DNA of 64,000 bases from Gammaproteobacteria bacterium (GTDB taxonomy: Bacteria > Pseudomonadota > Gammaproteobacteria > Steroidobacterales > Rariloculaceae), in the NCBI GenBank assembly GCA_036563665.1, contig DATCLY010000025.1:21042-85041 (forward strand). Reading direction: 5' to 3'. The position numbers and the translations under genes were made by a program. The first letter of the stretch is position 1; every line of letters starts with the position of its first letter. Below, piece by piece: positions 17,969 through 26,859 of the stretch. The notes under the pieces are model-generated. The model ran no database searches, was not told the origin of the DNA, and was given only the letters and a program-made list of their open reading frames with translations.

Positions 17969-19218
17969 TCGACCGCACGGAGCGGTTTCCGGCCATCGAA
18001 CGCGTTACCACTGTCGTCATCGGGGCAGGCCACGCGGGCCTCGCCGCGAGCCGGCTCCTCACGGAGCGAGCCATCGACCACGTCGTGCTCGAGCGCGGCG
18101 AGGTCGCGAACTCCTGGCGCCGCGAGCGCTGGGACTCGTTGCGCCTGCTCACCCCCAACTGGCTGTGCCGGCTGCCGGGCCTGCGCTACGACGGCGCGGA
18201 GCCCGACGGCTTCATGACTACCTCCGAGGTCGTCTCGTTCATCGAACGTTACGCCGCGGCCGCCGCGGCGCCGGTGCGCACGCACACGGAGGTGCAGTCG
18301 GTCACGCCGCTCGACGACGGCTACCGGGTGCTCACGCCGGACGGCGAGCTGCGCTGCCGCGCCCTCGTGATCGCGAGCGGCGCCTGCAACCTGCCCGTGG
18401 TGCCGCCGTTCCGCGACGCCATCCCGCCCTCCATCGAGTGCGTGACGCCGTTCGACTACCGCAATCCCGACCGGCTGCCGGAGGGCGGCGTGCTCGTCGT
18501 CGGCGCGTCCGCCACCGGCGTGCAGCTCGCGGACGAGATCCGCCGTTCCGGGCGGCGCGTGATCCTGGCCGTGGGCGAGCACGTGCGGCTGCCGCGCACC
18601 TATCGCGGCCGCGACGTGCTCTGGTGGATGGAAGCGTGCGGCATCTGGGACCAGCGCTACGACGAGATCGAGGATCTCGAGCGCGCCCGGCGGCTGCCGT
18701 CGCCGCAGCTCGTGGGCACGCCCGACCGGGCCACGCTCGACCTGAACGCCCTGAGCGCGGCGGGCGTCGAGCTCGTGGGTCGGCTCGCGGCCGTGCGCGA
18801 CGGGCGCGCGCTCTTCTCGGGCGGCTTGCGCAATCTGTTCGCGCTCGCCGACCTCAAGATGAACCGGCTGCTCGACACGTTCGACGAGTGGGCGCGCACC
18901 CAGCCCGACCTCGAGGTGGGCCCGCCCGAGCGCTTCGAGCCCACGCGCGCGCCCGCGTCGCCGCGCTTGAGCCTGGATCTCAGGAGCGGCGAGATCCGCT
19001 CCATCGTGTGGGCGACGGGCTTCCGGCCCGACTACCGGTGGCTCCAGGTGCCCGTGCTGGATCACAAGGGGCGGCTCGTCCACGACGGCGGCGTGGTGCC
19101 GGCCCCGCGCATGTACGCGATCGGCCTGCCCGTGCTGCGCCGGCGCAAGTCGACGTTCATCCACGGGGCGGAGGACGACGCGCGAGACATCGTCGAGCAT
19201 CTCGCGCGCTCCCTCTGA
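17965..19218 (+). CDS. FAD/NAD(P)-binding flavin monooxygenase-like oxidoreductase (CzcO/FMO class)
   Basis: ORF 18085..19218(+) extended upstream, because the dinucleotide-binding motif VVIGAGHAGLAAS lies at 18013..18051. That is upstream of the first canonical start and downstream of the in-frame TAA 17959..17961. The only near-cognate starts are CTG 17965 (overlapping the OsmC TGA) and ATC codons. A second Rossmann motif is VLVVGASATGVQLA, and the C-terminal ATGFRPD block is present. Confidence 0.8.
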   Translation: MIDRTERFPAIERVTTVVIGAGHAGLAASRLLTERAIDHVVLERGEVANSWRRERWDSLRLLTPNWLCRLPGLRYDGAEPDGFMTTSEVVSFIERYAAAAAAPVRTHTEVQSVTPLDDGYRVLTPDGELRCRALVIASGACNLPVVPPFRDAIPPSIECVTPFDYRNPDRLPEGGVLVVGASATGVQLADEIRRSGRRVILAVGEHVRLPRTYRGRDVLWWMEACGIWDQRYDEIEDLERARRLPSPQLVGTPDRATLDLNALSAAGVELVGRLAAVRDGRALFSGGLRNLFALADLKMNRLLDTFDEWARTQPDLEVGPPERFEPTRAPASPRLSLDLRSGEIRSIVWATGFRPDYRWLQVPVLDHKGRLVHDGGVVPAPRMYAIGLPVLRRRKSTFIHGAEDDARDIVEHLARSL

Positions 19219-19229
19219 GCGCGCCCGCT

Positions 19230-21041
19230 CTACGGCGTGTAGTCGGGCTGACAGACGTCCGTGATGCAGATCGAGTCGAGCGTGCGCCCCTCGGGCGGCA
19301 CGTCGAGGCCCCGTTCCAGCATGAGCCTGCGCAGCAGCGCGGCGGTCTCCGGGTGCGGGATGGCGGACTGCACGCCCACGCGCACGAGCCCGTCGGCGTA
19401 GTCGATGGCGCGCCACCTGACGCCCGCGAGCTTGTGGATGGTGTCGCGGCTGCCGATGTCGCGCGCGTCGAGGTCGGCGCCGTGATCGACGAGGAGCTGC
19501 ACGATCTCGTTGCGCCCCTTGTGCGCGGCGCCCATGAGCGCCGTGCGGCCCTCGGAGTTTTGCGCGTTCACGTCGATCCCGAGGTCGAGCAGCATCTTCA
19601 CGGCCTCGAGATTCGCCTCGCGCGACCACTCGTAGGTGACGCCTTCCACCCAGCCGATGCCCGACGCGACCATGAGCGCCGTGGTGCCGTCGAAAGTCGG
19701 TATGAGCGGATCGGCGCCGTGCTCCAGCAGGTAGCGCATGAGCTCGAGGTCGCTCGATTGCGCGGCGCGCAGGAACGGCGTGGCGCCCTCCTCGTACAGC
19801 CATTGATGGGTGAACACCGTGCGCGTCTCGGTGCTCGAGCGCATGCGGATGTTCACGTCCGCGCCGTGCTCCACCAGCAGCCGGATCATCTCGAAGTGAT
19901 CCATGTCCGGCTTGCGCGTGGGATAGTCGCCCGCCTCGATGTTGCGGTTGTCCGTGGCGAGATACAGCGGGCTCCACCCGCCCTGGTTCTGGATGTTCGG
20001 GTCCGCCCCTCGCTCGAGCAGGAAAGCGGCCAGACGGTAGTAGCGGTTCTGCACGGCGGCGAGCAGCGGGGTCCAGCCGCCCGTCGTCTGCTGGTTCACG
20101 TCGGCGCCGGCATCGAGCAGCAGCCGCGCGGACTCGATGTCGCCCTCGCGGGCCGCGAACACGAGCGGCGTGAGCCCGCCCCACATCTCCTGCTCCCGGC
20201 CCGCGGGCGCAGGCCCGTCCACGTCGTCGGAGCCGCCGACCGGCGCGGGAGCGGGGCTCGCCCTGAGCGCCGCGAGCGCGCGCTCGCGCTGCGCGGCGAG
20301 GCGGGCGGCCTCGGCGGGATCGTCGGGCGGCACGGCCCCGAGCCGCGAGCTCGTCGTCACCCGCCGGCCGGCCTGGCCGATCTCGAGGATGAAATCGTTG
20401 AGGCGGCTCTGCACCGTGGGCGCGAGATAGGGCCGCCGCCCCCGCGGGACCGGCTTGGAGCGGGCCGCGACGTCCGCGCCGTGCTGGAGCAGCACCGCCA
20501 CGGCCGCGGGGCGCTCGTAGGCGGCCGCCCACATCAGCGCGGTGGTGCCGCGCAGATCCTCCGCCGCGTTCACGTCCGCGCCGCGCTCGATCAGGAGCCG
20601 TATCGGCTCGGGGTTGCCGGTGCGCGCGGCCATCATGAGGGCCGTCTCGCCGTGCGGCAGCTTGTCGTTCGGGTCGGCACCGGCGTCGAGCAACAGGCGA
20701 ACCAGCTCGACGTCGCCCGTCTCGCACGCGAGCAGCAGCGGCGTCACGCCGTTGCGATTCGGCCGGCGAACGTCGGCGCCCGCCTGGACGAGCGCCCTGG
20801 CCAGCGCCACGTCGCCGCGGTACGCGGCCCAATGGAGCGCGGTGGCCCCGTCGGCCTGGGCGGCGTTCACGTCCCCGCCCTCGGCAATCAGTTGCCGCAC
20901 CGCGGCGGCGTCCCCCCGCATCGCGGCGTCGGCGATGGGGCTCTCGGCCCCGGCCGCCCCGGCGCCGCCGAGCACGACCGCGGCCAGCACCCATGCGAGC
21001 ATCGCCCGCAGCGCGCCGCGTCCTCGAGCTTCCTGTCTCAC
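19230..21041 (-). CDS. Secreted ankyrin-repeat protein, paralogue 1 (603 aa)
   Basis: ORF 19230..21041(-). GTG start with GGGGGA upstream. Signal peptide LRAMLAWVLAAVVLGGAGAAGA. At least 10 ankyrin units (G-TALHWAA..G....V..LL..GADVN). Same architecture as 36906..38447 and 52639..54105. Confidence 0.9.
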   Translation of the reverse strand: MRQEARGRGALRAMLAWVLAAVVLGGAGAAGAESPIADAAMRGDAAAVRQLIAEGGDVNAAQADGATALHWAAYRGDVALARALVQAGADVRRPNRNGVTPLLLACETGDVELVRLLLDAGADPNDKLPHGETALMMAARTGNPEPIRLLIERGADVNAAEDLRGTTALMWAAAYERPAAVAVLLQHGADVAARSKPVPRGRRPYLAPTVQSRLNDFILEIGQAGRRVTTSSRLGAVPPDDPAEAARLAAQRERALAALRASPAPAPVGGSDDVDGPAPAGREQEMWGGLTPLVFAAREGDIESARLLLDAGADVNQQTTGGWTPLLAAVQNRYYRLAAFLLERGADPNIQNQGGWSPLYLATDNRNIEAGDYPTRKPDMDHFEMIRLLVEHGADVNIRMRSSTETRTVFTHQWLYEEGATPFLRAAQSSDLELMRYLLEHGADPLIPTFDGTTALMVASGIGWVEGVTYEWSREANLEAVKMLLDLGIDVNAQNSEGRTALMGAAHKGRNEIVQLLVDHGADLDARDIGSRDTIHKLAGVRWRAIDYADGLVRVGVQSAIPHPETAALLRRLMLERGLDVPPEGRTLDSICITDVCQPDYTP

Positions 21042-21125
21042 GCGTTCCCCCTCTGCACGGCTGGCTCGGTCGCATTATAGGGTTGCGCGCCGACCGACGT
21101 CGTGCAAGGGCCGGAGGCCGCGGCG

Positions 21126-21461
21126 TCACTTCATCGTCGGTGCCGTTCGGGAGCCCGCGGAGCGCACGTCCCGCGCGAAGCGGGCGACGACGTGATCGAG
21201 CTCCGCGATCAACGGATCGACGTCGGCCAGCAACGAGGCGCCGAGGTCGGTCACGACCATTTCGCCGGCGCGGCGTTCGAACAGCTTCACCTGGAGCCGT
21301 TGCTCGAGGGCCCTGATCTGGTGGCTCACCGCGGACGGCGTGAGACACAGCTCGTCGGCCGCGGCCTTGAAGCTGCGGCGGCGAGCGGCGATGCAGAACG
21401 TCTTCAGGCTTCTGAGCGAGCTCAAGCGCACGGCGGCGAACGGCGACAACGGTTGCGGCAA
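21126..21461 (-). pseudogene. Truncated LysR-family regulator (HTH domain only, 111 aa)
   Basis: ORF 21126..21461(-). LRSLKTFCIAARRRSFKAAADELCLTPSAVSHQIRALEQRLQVKLFERR is a GcvA-like LysR HTH. The ORF stops about 200 codons short of a normal LysR, so the effector-binding domain is missing. Confidence 0.65.
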
Positions 21462-21702
21462 CGCTCCTCGCGTCGACTAGCGCGCTGGAAGTTGCACGAG
21501 GTGTGCCAGCGACCCGACGACTGCCGGCCGCCGAGCGGCAGCGGCCCGATCCGGCGTCGCAGGATGCGCCGTAACACGCAATCGCCGCATCGATGAATTC
21601 TTTTCAACGCGTCGTCGCGCGCGTAGCGGGGCGATCGACTGCACCTGCGCAGGGCATCGCCACGGCGCCCACGCTCGGACATCGTGCACGTGCGGCGACT
21701 CC

Positions 21703-22142
21703 TCATTGCACGGACGGATCGATCGTCGCCGGCAACGGCCAGTTGCCGTGATACGGCGGCCAGTTCGGAACGGCGAGCTCCGGCGGCGGATAGAACATGG
21801 CCGTGTAGATCGTGCGGATGCGGTTGCCGTCGATGAAGAACCATTCGCTGAACGCGTTGCGCGGCGTCGGCGAGCCCGGACGACGAATGAAGACGCCGTA
21901 GGCCAGCACCGCCTGCGCCTCCACGTCGATCAGCGGAATCCTCCGGGCCACGACCATCTGCAGGTTGAAGTTCTCGAGGCCGCTCACGCAGTCGCGCTCG
22001 CCCTGCCCCGCTTGATTCGGTCCGCCGGACGCGGCGGCCGGCCGCACCGGCGGCAGGAACCGGCCCGCCGGCGCGGGCGTGCCGTGGGGCCCGCCCCGAG
22101 CGCGAGCAGGCCGAGCACCAGACACGAAACCGATCGCCGCAT
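21703..22142 (-). pseudogene. Frameshifted gene for a small secreted protein
   Basis: The signal peptide MRRSVSCLVLGLLALGAGP (ATG 22142) is in one frame. The conserved-looking body (CVSGLENFNLQMVVARRIPLIDVEAQAVLAYGVFIRR..FIDGNRIRTIYTAMFYPP) is in another (ORF 21703..22236). The switch falls in the G/C run CGGGGCGGGCCCC near 22085..22097. Confidence 0.5.
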
Positions 22143-22448
22143 GGGTCTTCCCCCTGACGAATCCCGCAAGCGGCCGCAGTCTACCAGCATCGGCCGGCGT
22201 CTCGCCGCCAACGCCGCCGGCAACGCCTTGCCGCACGCGGTGGTGTTATCTCATCGCGCCCCGCCGCGTACCAGCGCCGAGCCTTCGCCGCCCCGCCGCG
22301 GTGCGCGGCCGCCGCCCTGGGTGACGTAAGTCGTTGTGCGCGCTCGCATGGCCGCTTGGCACGCGCGGTGCAATGGAATGCGCGCGTGGTTGCACACGTG
22401 AGCCATTCCCTCGATGACAACCGTTCGACACAAGGAGGCGTCTTTCTC

Positions 22449-22685
22449 ATGCGGCTTCGTAACTTCACCATAGCGGCGGCGGCAGCGCCGCTCCTCGCGG
22501 GCTGCGGCGTGCTCGACGAGCTGACGTTCCTGAGCCCGCCGCGGCTCGACCCCAGCAAGGTGTACCTCGGCACGAGCATCATCGACGTGCCGCGCTGGGA
22601 GCTCGAGCGCTATGCGTGCGTGGAGGGGCCGCTGCTCTGCGAGAACGCGGGCGCCATCATGTTCACGTGCCGCTGCTCGTACTGA
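22449..22685 (+). CDS. Small lipoprotein (78 aa)
   Basis: ATG 22449 with AAGGAGG 11 nt upstream. MRLRNFTIAAAAAPLLAGC carries a lipobox (LAGC). The mature part is Cys-rich. Confidence 0.6.
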   Translation: MRLRNFTIAAAAAPLLAGCGVLDELTFLSPPRLDPSKVYLGTSIIDVPRWELERYACVEGPLLCENAGAIMFTCRCSY

Positions 22686-22755
22686 TGGACACGCCGTTGC
22701 GATGCGGCCCGGCCTCGGAGCCGAAAGCTCTCGAGCTGCCGGCGTCTGGTTCGCG

Positions 22756-25173
22756 CTAGAGCGGCGGCCCGGGCGGCAATGGATAGCGGGAGCGCGGCCG
22801 CTCGCCCCACGACAACCGCGGCCGCTTCGCGGCCTCCCCCACCGGGTCGTCGAGAAAGCGCGCGATATCGCGCGCAGATTGCCGCAGGTGCGCCTGGGTG
22901 AGCGGATCGGCGCTCCGTTTGCCGGTCAGCTCCTCGCCTAGCGCGGCGAGCCGATCCAGCACGTAGGCGCGGACCTCGGGCGCGGCCTGCGGATCGCCGC
23001 CGAGCCTCATCATCGCATCCAGCATCACGCCTTGCGTCACGCGCCGCAGCGCCGCATGGCGCGGGTTCCGATCGGGCGGCGCGTGCCACGTTCGCGCGAG
23101 CAGCGTCTCGACCACCTCGGGCAGCGTGACCGTGGCGGGATCGCGGTCGCCGAATGCCACGAGCCGCGCGGCGCGCGCGGGCTCGAGCAGCGGGTCGATC
23201 ACCATGGACGCGAGCACGCGGGCCGCCCGCAGGTGATCGAACGCGTAGTCGTCGGACAGGTCCTCGAGATTGCTGCCGGGATGCGTCGTGAGCAGCACGA
23301 GCACGCGCTCGGGCAGCACCAGACGCTCGGGCTCGATGGCTTCCATGAGCAGGCCGAGCACCTCGCGCTGCAGCGGCGCGGGCACGATCTCCGTGGGCGG
23401 GAGCGTTTCGCCCTTCACGACCAGGTTGTGATACATCCCGCCGACGTAGCGCAGGCCCGCCTCGATGGCCCAGCGGTGATGCAGATACGTCATCCAGAAG
23501 CGCATGTCGCGCAGCGCGCCGATCGGCTCGCCCGGCTTCAGCATGCCGGTGCCGAAGCGCTCGAGCAGCAGCTCGCGGGCGGCCATCGTCTCGCGCAGAT
23601 ACTCGGCCGGCGAGGCGCGGTCGTCGTACCACGCCCAGCGCGGATCGGTGCTCGGCACGTACAGGATCTCCCGCTTCCGCATCTCGGCGATGATGCCTTC
23701 GAGCACGGCCTCCTCTTCCTCCGGCGCGGCCTCGGTGTAGGCGTAGCGCGCCATGAGCTTGTCGTACTCGCCGATCCCGCGGGCGAAGGACTCCGAAAGA
23801 TCGAGCTTGTCGTTCACCACGGCGAGCCGGGGCGTCGGATACTCCATGACGGACGCCCGCTCGTTGATGCTCGACGCCCAGTTGTGGCCGAAGCCCAGGG
23901 CGTGGCCCAGCTCGTGCGCGGTGAGGAGCGACTGGCGCAGCAGCACCATGTCGCGCTGCGCGGCCGGCATCTCGGCCGCATCCTCCGGCCGCACCGGCAT
24001 GTAGCTGTCCCAATAGTTGGCGATCGTGCGGATGCGATGCGAATCCATGCGCGTCTTCGAGCCCAGGATCTCGCCCGTGCGCGGATCGCGGTAGGTGCCG
24101 CCGCTCGAGAAGCCGCGCTCGTCGCGCTCGATCCACAGGATCCACGCGTAGCGGATGTCCATCGGGTCCATGTCGGGCGTCGGATCGCGCACCTGAACCG
24201 CGTCCTTGAACCCGGCCGCCTCGAACGCCTCGTTCCACCAGAGCGCCCCTTCGCGCATGGCGGTGCGGATCGGCTCGGGGATCGCCGGGTCGAGGTAGAA
24301 CACGATCGGCCGCACGGGCTCGCTCAGCTCCGCTTCGGGATCCCGCTTCTCGAGCCGCCAGCGCGTCACCCATTCGGTCTCCGTGCCGTCGTCGAAGGGG
24401 CTCGCGTAGTCGCGAAAGCCCACGCTGCTCACGCCGATGCGGGGGTCGGCGCGGCGCGGCCGGTAGCCCGTGGGCGCCCGGAGGAACGAGTGATGGATGC
24501 GCAGCGACAGCGCCGTCGCGTCGGGCGCGACGTTGGCCACGACCGGCCCCGGGTCGCGCACGGCGAACGTGACCAGCGTCTCGATCTCGGTGTTGTCGGG
24601 AAAGGCCTTCATGCGCGGCGGGTAGAAACCGCTGCGCTCCTCGTCGAAGCGGAACTCGCCCTGCCCGCGCTCGGACAGCCGCGCCTCGAGGCCCGCGGCG
24701 TCGCGCAGGAAGAGGGCCGTTCCGTCCACGAGGAGGCGCTCGCCGATCGCGGCCTCCACGGGCAGCGCCGCGATCACCGAGGAAGCGAACGAGTCGCGCA
24801 CGTTTTGCGCGCGCGCCTCGTCACCGAGCGCGCGATAGCGCAAGTTCTGCTCTTCCACGAGCACGCGCGGCCCGGCCCGCCGGAAGCGGATCACGCTGCT
24901 CTTCAGGATGCCGCGGTCGAGCGGCAGCTCCACGGAGCCGCCGCCGGTGGCGGCCGAGACGTAGTAGAGCACGTCCTCGTCGAGCGCCGGGATCTCGAGC
25001 AGCACGCGTCCGCGCGCCTCGTCCCAGTAGAACGGGAGGAACCCTTCCTCGCGCTCGAGGCCGGCCGTCCGCTCGGCGATGCCCGGCGCCCGCTCGGGCT
25101 GCGCGGGCGCGACGGCCGGGGAGCCGACGAGAGCGGCGACGATGACGATGCGAGCACGCAGGCACGCCGACAT
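22756..25173 (-). CDS. Secreted zinc-dependent metalloprotease (HExxH)
   Basis: ORF 22756..25182(-). ATG 25173 is preferred because GGAGG lies 10 nt upstream. Signal peptide ACLRARIVIVAALVGSPAVAPAQ. Zinc site HELGHALGFGHNW plus downstream SVMEYP. Confidence 0.9.
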   Translation of the reverse strand: MSACLRARIVIVAALVGSPAVAPAQPERAPGIAERTAGLEREEGFLPFYWDEARGRVLLEIPALDEDVLYYVSAATGGGSVELPLDRGILKSSVIRFRRAGPRVLVEEQNLRYRALGDEARAQNVRDSFASSVIAALPVEAAIGERLLVDGTALFLRDAAGLEARLSERGQGEFRFDEERSGFYPPRMKAFPDNTEIETLVTFAVRDPGPVVANVAPDATALSLRIHHSFLRAPTGYRPRRADPRIGVSSVGFRDYASPFDDGTETEWVTRWRLEKRDPEAELSEPVRPIVFYLDPAIPEPIRTAMREGALWWNEAFEAAGFKDAVQVRDPTPDMDPMDIRYAWILWIERDERGFSSGGTYRDPRTGEILGSKTRMDSHRIRTIANYWDSYMPVRPEDAAEMPAAQRDMVLLRQSLLTAHELGHALGFGHNWASSINERASVMEYPTPRLAVVNDKLDLSESFARGIGEYDKLMARYAYTEAAPEEEEAVLEGIIAEMRKREILYVPSTDPRWAWYDDRASPAEYLRETMAARELLLERFGTGMLKPGEPIGALRDMRFWMTYLHHRWAIEAGLRYVGGMYHNLVVKGETLPPTEIVPAPLQREVLGLLMEAIEPERLVLPERVLVLLTTHPGSNLEDLSDDYAFDHLRAARVLASMVIDPLLEPARAARLVAFGDRDPATVTLPEVVETLLARTWHAPPDRNPRHAALRRVTQGVMLDAMMRLGGDPQAAPEVRAYVLDRLAALGEELTGKRSADPLTQAHLRQSARDIARFLDDPVGEAAKRPRLSWGERPRSRYPLPPGPPL

Positions 25174-25189
25174 CACGCTCACGCCTCCG

Positions 25190-26803
25190 TCACTTCGCGC
25201 TCGAGGCGCGCACGGTCGGATACTCGATGCCGAGCTGCTCGAGGTAGGTGTCGTACTTCTCGGGGTCGTAGTAGTAGGGGCGCATCTCCGGGCGCCACCG
25301 CGCCATGATGTCGGCGTTCAGATGGATGGCCGGGCGGTCCTCCGGCCGCAGCAGCGGCTGGTACTGCGTTTCCTTCGTCTGCACGTGTTCGAAGTAGTCC
25401 CAGGCGGCCTCGAGCAACGCCTCGTCCGTCAAGAGATCGTAGAGATTGAGCGCCTGCGCCTTGGCGCCCGCGACGATGCCCTTGTGCGCGATCGGCGTGG
25501 CCATCGCCACGGCGTTCGCCCAGTTGTGGCCCGGCAGGTTCGGAATGTTCGCGGGATAGCGCAGGGTGATCGTGGGCACCTGCCACGACACGTCGCCGAT
25601 GTCGTCGGAGCCGCCGCCCGTGTTCTCCTCGGGCGGCCGCGGCGGCCTGAGCTCCTGCGGCACCTCGGTCTCGAGCCCCTTCTCGGGCACGCCGATCTCC
25701 GCCTGCAGGGCCTTCGCGAGCGTGACGTCGGCCTCGGACCATTCCGGCATGCCGACGTAGCGGATGTTCTCGAACGCGCGCTCGGCCATCGCCTTGTTCA
25801 TGTGCTGCGGCCACGCGCTGCCGAGCACCGTGGAGTCCCACGTCGTGTTCGTCATGAGCGCGGCACCCTGCGCCATCCGGTCCGCGATCTCCCAGAGCCC
25901 CTTGATGTGGTCGTAGTCGCTCTCGCGCAGGAAGAACCAGATGCTCGCCTCCGGCGGGACGACGTTGGGCTGATCGCCGCCGTCGACGATCACCGAATGG
26001 ATGCGCTGCGACAGGCGCAGGTGCTCGCGGCGGTAGTTCATGCCGATGTTCATGAGCTCCACCGCGTCCAGGGCGCTCCTGCCCCGCCACGGCGCGCCCG
26101 CGCTGTGCGCGCTCTCGCCGTGGAAGTCGTAGCGCACCGACACGAGGCCGTTGCCGCCGCCCGGCCCCCACGACACGCCGAACGCGTTCCCGACGTGCGA
26201 GAAGAGCACCGCGTCCACGTTCTCGAAGTAGCCGTCGCGCACGTAGAACGCCTTGGTCGCGAGCTGCTCCTCGGCGACGCCTGGCCAGATCTTGATGGTG
26301 CCTTCGATGCCGCGCTCCTCCATGACCTCCTTCACCGCGAGCGCGGCGACGATGTTCACCACCTGGCCCGAGTTGTGCCCTTCGCCGTGGCCCGGAGCGC
26401 CGGGGACGATCGGGTCGTGATAGGCCACGCCGGGCTTCTGCGAAGCCTTGGGGATGCCGTCGATGTCGGAGCCGAGGGCGATGACCGGCTCGCCCGAGCC
26501 CCACGTGGCCATCCACGCCGTCGGTATGCCGGAGATGCCGCGCATCACCTCGAACCCGTTCTCCTCGAGCAGTCGCGTGAGGTACGCGGACGTCTCGAAC
26601 TCCTGGAAGCCGAGCTCGCCGAAGCTGAAGATCATGTCGTTCATCACCTGAGCCAGCTTGGCGCGCTCCTCGACCTCGGCGACGAGGCGGCGCCTGATCT
26701 CCTCGCGCGCCGGGTCGAGCATCTCGTCCGAGGCGAGCGCGGTCGCGGCCATGCTCCCGAGGACGGCGGCGCTGACGGAAGCGGACAGTCGAATGCCATT
26801 CAT
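25190..26803 (-). CDS. Secreted M20-family amidohydrolase/peptidase (AbgB-like)
   Basis: ATG 26803 with AGGAGAG upstream (alternative ATG 26824). Signal peptide MNGIRLSASVSAAVLGSMAATALA. Blocks ALGSDIDGIP, GHGEGHNSG and FHGESAHSAGAPWRGRSALDA. Confidence 0.9.
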   Translation of the reverse strand: MNGIRLSASVSAAVLGSMAATALASDEMLDPAREEIRRRLVAEVEERAKLAQVMNDMIFSFGELGFQEFETSAYLTRLLEENGFEVMRGISGIPTAWMATWGSGEPVIALGSDIDGIPKASQKPGVAYHDPIVPGAPGHGEGHNSGQVVNIVAALAVKEVMEERGIEGTIKIWPGVAEEQLATKAFYVRDGYFENVDAVLFSHVGNAFGVSWGPGGGNGLVSVRYDFHGESAHSAGAPWRGRSALDAVELMNIGMNYRREHLRLSQRIHSVIVDGGDQPNVVPPEASIWFFLRESDYDHIKGLWEIADRMAQGAALMTNTTWDSTVLGSAWPQHMNKAMAERAFENIRYVGMPEWSEADVTLAKALQAEIGVPEKGLETEVPQELRPPRPPEENTGGGSDDIGDVSWQVPTITLRYPANIPNLPGHNWANAVAMATPIAHKGIVAGAKAQALNLYDLLTDEALLEAAWDYFEHVQTKETQYQPLLRPEDRPAIHLNADIMARWRPEMRPYYYDPEKYDTYLEQLGIEYPTVRASSAK

Positions 26804-26859
26804 CTCGATCGCTCTCCTGATCATCGTGGGTTTGCCTGGCGGCGGCTCGATCGGCGGCC

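Noticed and set aside
17940-17970. OsmC-FMO fusion by programmed -1 frameshifting
   Set aside because: The FMO frame is -1 relative to OsmC. However, a TAA at 17959..17961 closes that frame until 7 nt before the OsmC stop, and AAG-CGC-TGA is not a slippery heptamer. Reinitiation on CTG/ATC is the simpler model.
19230-21041. Ankyrin proteins as secreted anti-eukaryotic effectors (as in Legionella, Coxiella and Rickettsia)
   Set aside because: All three have classical cleavable Sec signal peptides. Two sit inside operons of other periplasmic (Tat/Sec) proteins, and no type IV, III or VI secretion genes are in the window. A periplasmic scaffold or chaperone role, as with the AnkB precedent, fits better.
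17818-21348. 1176-aa ORF on the minus strand, the longest in this part of the track
   Set aside because: It is Arg/Ala/Gly/Pro-rich low-complexity sequence. It is antisense to the well-supported OsmC-family and FMO genes, and out of frame over the ankyrin gene. This is a typical shadow ORF of 70% GC DNA.
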